DNA of 64,000 bases. It comes from Chiloscyllium plagiosum (Eukaryota). Position 1 is the stretch's first letter. The number at the start of each line of letters is the position of its first letter. The translations under genes and the position numbers were made by a program. A model generated the notes under the pieces. That model did not search any database and was not told where the DNA came from. It worked only from the letters and a program-made list of their open reading frames with translations. The stretch lies in the NCBI RefSeq assembly GCF_004010195.1, contig NC_057728.1:54507622-54571621 (forward strand), given 5' to 3'. This document shows, piece by piece, positions 60,650-64,000 of this stretch.

Positions 60650-61500
60650 AAAAAATGGCACAGCTCCTGCAGGGAGCAGACAGCGGTGTGCAGGGGCAGG
60701 GCAGGAGCAGGCAGTGTGCTGTTTTCTTAATGCAGTCAGCTCACTGTCATCGTGACCTGGGTTCCCTTCTGTTAGTCACGCTCTGCGAGCTAATGCATGA
60801 ATGGGCAAGTGAGAGAGAGCACTGTTTTCCGCCCGTTCCCCATTTGCGATGCAAGAAAGAGTGATCAGTATTTTTCTGCAAACAATTCTGGCGTTCACCG
60901 GCTGGAAGGGAGAGAGAGGGAGAGGGAGAGTGAAAAACAAGGACAGCAACAGCTGCAGCCTGAATGGTTGCTGGGCAAGTTTCAAATCATTCACAGATAG
61001 TAACTGCGTACTTTGCTATGAATGGAGAGTGCGGCTGCCGTGCCGCCCTGTCATTGGCTGACTGCTGGATGTGTGTGTCCCATTCAGCCATTTATCTAAA
61101 TCTATCAATGATTCCTTATCGCTGTCACGGATACAATGACCCACATTACCCTGCTCAGAACACTGGGACTAAACGCAGCAGCAATGTCACCTCAAGGATA
61201 AAAGCCTTGCCTTTTCTGTTTGAAAGGATTTGTTTTCAGTTTAAGGCTTGTTTCGACCACTGCTGTTGTCACATCAAATACATTCACCCCGCGGCCTGTT
61301 AATGTCAGCAAAACCCCCATCTCGATATCCCAATCTGCAGTGCCGCATTTTGTGAATGAATGCGGTTTCGCCGCCCACATCAGACACAAGTCTGTATGAA
61401 TGTGCAAAGGCACTATTCACAAAGATAAGCACCTGATAAACTCGCAGCCTGTACCAGCCGAGAGAACTGGAATGCACAAACATAAGTGTTGCAATGCGAC
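60650..61500. promoter_or_regulatory. Unique, CpG-retaining candidate regulatory island
   Basis: No recognisable repeat and many CpGs. Overlapping CCAAT and TGACAG (minus CAGCCAATGACAG, 61048-61060) next to GGGCGG. GA tract at 60905-60930. Confidence 0.3.
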
Positions 61501-61586
61501 CATTGAATACTGAGTTACTTTACATAACTTAACCCCTCCCTGACTACAAAATATCTGTCTGTGCTTCAAAGATTTTGCGCATTTTT

Positions 61587-61785
61587 ACAACAAAAGCAGA
61601 AAGTGCTGGAGAAACTCAGCAGGTCTGACAGCATCTGTAGAGAGAAACAGTGACTTCCGGACGCGAAACGTTAACTCCGTTTCTATCTCGCCACAGATTC
61701 TGCCAGACCTGCTGAGTTTCTCCAGCACTTTCTGGCTTCTTCTTTGTTTCAGATTTCCAGCATTCACAGTCCTTTGGTTTAGTTT
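61587..61785. mobile_element. Fold-back PLE-derived element
   Basis: Arms agaaagtgctggagaaactcagcaggtctg / cagacctgctgagtttctccagcactttct. Loop has cgaaacgttaac. Confidence 0.75.
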
Positions 61786-61917
61786 TAGACATTTGTTTGT
61801 GAAATGTGGATGTAACAAGAGAGGGCAACATTTGTTGCTCATCCATAATTGCCCTGGAGTAGCTGGGGGAGCTGCCTTCTTAAGCATTGCAGTCCTCAGG
61901 CTGTGGTGTTGTTATAG

Positions 61918-63480
61918 AACCCTGACCAACTCAACCACCCCGTAGCCCAACACTTAAACTCCCCCTCCCACTCCACCAAGGACATGCAGGTCCTTGGACT
62001 CCTCCATCGCCAGACCATGGCAACACGACGGTTGGAGGAAGAGCGCCTCATCTTCTGCCTGGGAACCCTCCAACTACAAGGGATGAACTCAGATTTCTCC
62101 AGTTTCCTCATTTCCGCTCCCCCCACCTTGTCTCAGTCAAATCCCTTGAACTCAGCACCACCTTCCTAACCTGTAATCTTCTTCCTGACCTCTCCGCCCC
62201 CACCCCACTCTGGCCTATCACCCTCACCTTAACCTCCCTCCACCTATCGCATTTCCAAAGCCCCTCCCCCAAGTCCCCTCTCCCTACCTTTTATCTTAGC
62301 CTGCTGGACACACTTTCCTCATTCCTGAAGAAGGGCTTATGCCCGAAACGTCGATTCTCCTGTTCCTTGGATGCTGCCTGACCTGCTGCGCTTTTCCAGC
62401 ANNNNNNNNNNNNNNNNNNNNNNNNNNNNNNNNNNNNNNNNNNNNNNNNNNNNNNNNNNNNNNNNNNNNNNNNNNNNNNNNNNNNNNNNNNNNNNNNNNN
62501 NNNNNNNNNNNNNNNNNNNNNNNNNNNNNNNNNNNNNNNNNNNNNNNNNNNNNNNNNNNNNNNNNNNNNNNNNNNNNNNNNNNNNNNNNNNNNNNNNNNN
62601 NNNNNNNNNNNNNNNNNNNNNNNNNNNNNNNNNNNNNNNNNNNNNNNNNNNNNNNNNNNNNNNNNNNNNNNNNNNNNNNNNNNNNNNNNNNNNNNNNNNN
62701 NNNNNNNNNNNNNNNNNNNNNNNNNNNNNNNNNNNNNNNNNNNNNNNNNNNNNNNNNNNNNNNNNNNNNNNNNNNNNNNNNNNNNNNNNNNNNNNNNNNN
62801 NNNNNNNNNNNNNNNNNNNNNNNNNNNNNNNNNNNNNNNNNNNNNNNNNNNNNNNNNNNNNNNNNNNNNAAATGTGTTGCTGGAAAAGCGCAGCAGGTCA
62901 GGCAGCATCCAGGGAACAGGAGAATTGACGTTTCGGGCATAAGCCCTTCTTCTGGAATGAGGACAGTTTGTCCAGCAGGCTAAGATAAAAGGTAGGGAGG
63001 AGGGACTTGGGGGAGTGGCGTCGGAAATGTGATAGGTGGAAAGAGGTCAAGGTGAGGGTGATAGGTCAGACTGGGGTGGGGGCGGAGAGGTCAGGAAGAA
63101 GATTGCAGGTTAGGAAGGCGGTGCTGAATTCGATGGATTTGACTGAGACAAGGTGGGGGGAGGGGAAATGAGGAAACTGGTGAAATCCGAGTTCATCCCT
63201 TGTGGTTGGAGGGTTCCTAGGCGGAAGATGTCTCAGTCAAATCCATCGAATTCAGCATCGCCTTCCTAACCTGCAATCTTCTTCCTGACCTCTCCGCCCC
63301 CACCCCAGTCTGACCTATCACCCTCACCTTGACCTCTTTCCACCTATCACATTTCTGACGCACCTCCCCCAAGTCTCTCCTCCCTACCTTTTATCTTAGC
63401 CTGCTGGACATTCCTGAAGAAGGGCTTATGCCCGAAATGTTGATTCTCCTGTTCCCTGGATGCTACCTGACCTGCTGCGC
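61918..63480. mobile_element. Array of PLE 3' ends in +/-/+ orientation (gap inside)
   Basis: 61918-62401 plus (HPVAQHLNSPSHS..RRLEEERLIFCLGTLQ), 62870-63229 minus, 63229-63480 plus. Each has a hammerhead-like core. Confidence 0.88.
62322..62355 (+). ncRNA. Minimal hammerhead ribozyme motif
   Basis: CUGAAGA (62325-62331)-a-GGGC-uuau-GCCC-GAAA-C-GUC. Confidence 0.72.
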
Positions 63481-63529
63481 TAATGCAAATTAGAGGCAAC
63501 TTTGCCATCCCACCCTTGCCTTCCAAGTT

Positions 63530-63935
63530 CAGTCTGGTTGCTTGATTCTCACCTCTGAATCAGATCTGTGGCTACCTGGCCCATTCCAGGGTCCTGAGCT
63601 CAGAAATTTATGCCAGTGAGTGCAGTACAGCAGGGATGCATCAGTGTTGGAGGGACATGTCCTTCATGCATTAATGTGGCCCTTCCCTGCCCTCAGCATC
63701 CTTTGACAAAGAAAAGCCATGCTGTTCTCCTCAGCTTTTCTGAAGCAATATTTACCCCTCAATCAACATCCCTTATAAAATAAATTCTGAGATTATTATC
63801 AGATTATGGGGTCTTTCTATGTGCACACTGGCTATCATGTTTCCTACATCTTCACAACAACTAGTCCTGAAGATAATCGACTATAAAGTGCTTTGGACCA
63901 ATCATATAAAAGGAAAGTTGTTACAAGTCTTTATT
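63530..63935 (+). mobile_element. DeuSINE/SacSINE1-like SINE, degenerate
   Basis: ctcacctctgaatcaga...gtgcagtacagcagg...aatatttaccctcaatcaacatc...aaagtgctttgg. Confidence 0.6.
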
Positions 63936-64000
63936 TTTACAGACAATTAGTTTGGACTGTAACAGTTCACGAAGACAGCTCATCACCACTTCTCAAGGGC

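Noticed and set aside
60776..60901. Coding exon after the CT tract on the minus strand
   Set aside because: There is an acceptor-like signal, but the translations are unrecognisable, end in stops and have no convincing donor.

Overview
Vertebrate genomic DNA, very probably elasmobranch (shark). This is inferred from many HE1-type tRNA-derived SINEs, DeuSINE/SacSINE1-like SINEs and CR1-type LINEs. The window has five N-gaps and looks intronic or intergenic. No host protein-coding gene can be identified, and the long ORFs in the track are LINE remnants, minisatellite read-through or gap artefacts. Much of the window is decayed, often nested retroelements: CR1, a second CR1/L2-group LINE, L2, Rex1/Babar, RTE, Tx1/L1 and Penelope-like elements (PLEs). 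There are also two DNA-transposon MITEs. Main points: (1) many short non-coding PLE-derived insertions, often fold-back, with 9-14 bp target-site duplications (TSDs) and a minimal hammerhead ribozyme core; (2) a PLE-bounded insertion containing a copy of its own downstream flank (40881-42436); (3) a CpG-rich Mutator-like foldback MITE; (4) a 55-bp insertion templated from a site 2 kb away; (5) a non-coding element with a Rex1-like tail that carries a 35/36-bp minisatellite; (6) unique islands with regulatory or splice signals, including an ETS/RUNX/AP-1 cluster next to a splice donor and a candidate small minus-strand exon. Family names come from motif recognition, not database searches, and boundaries of old repeats are approximate.
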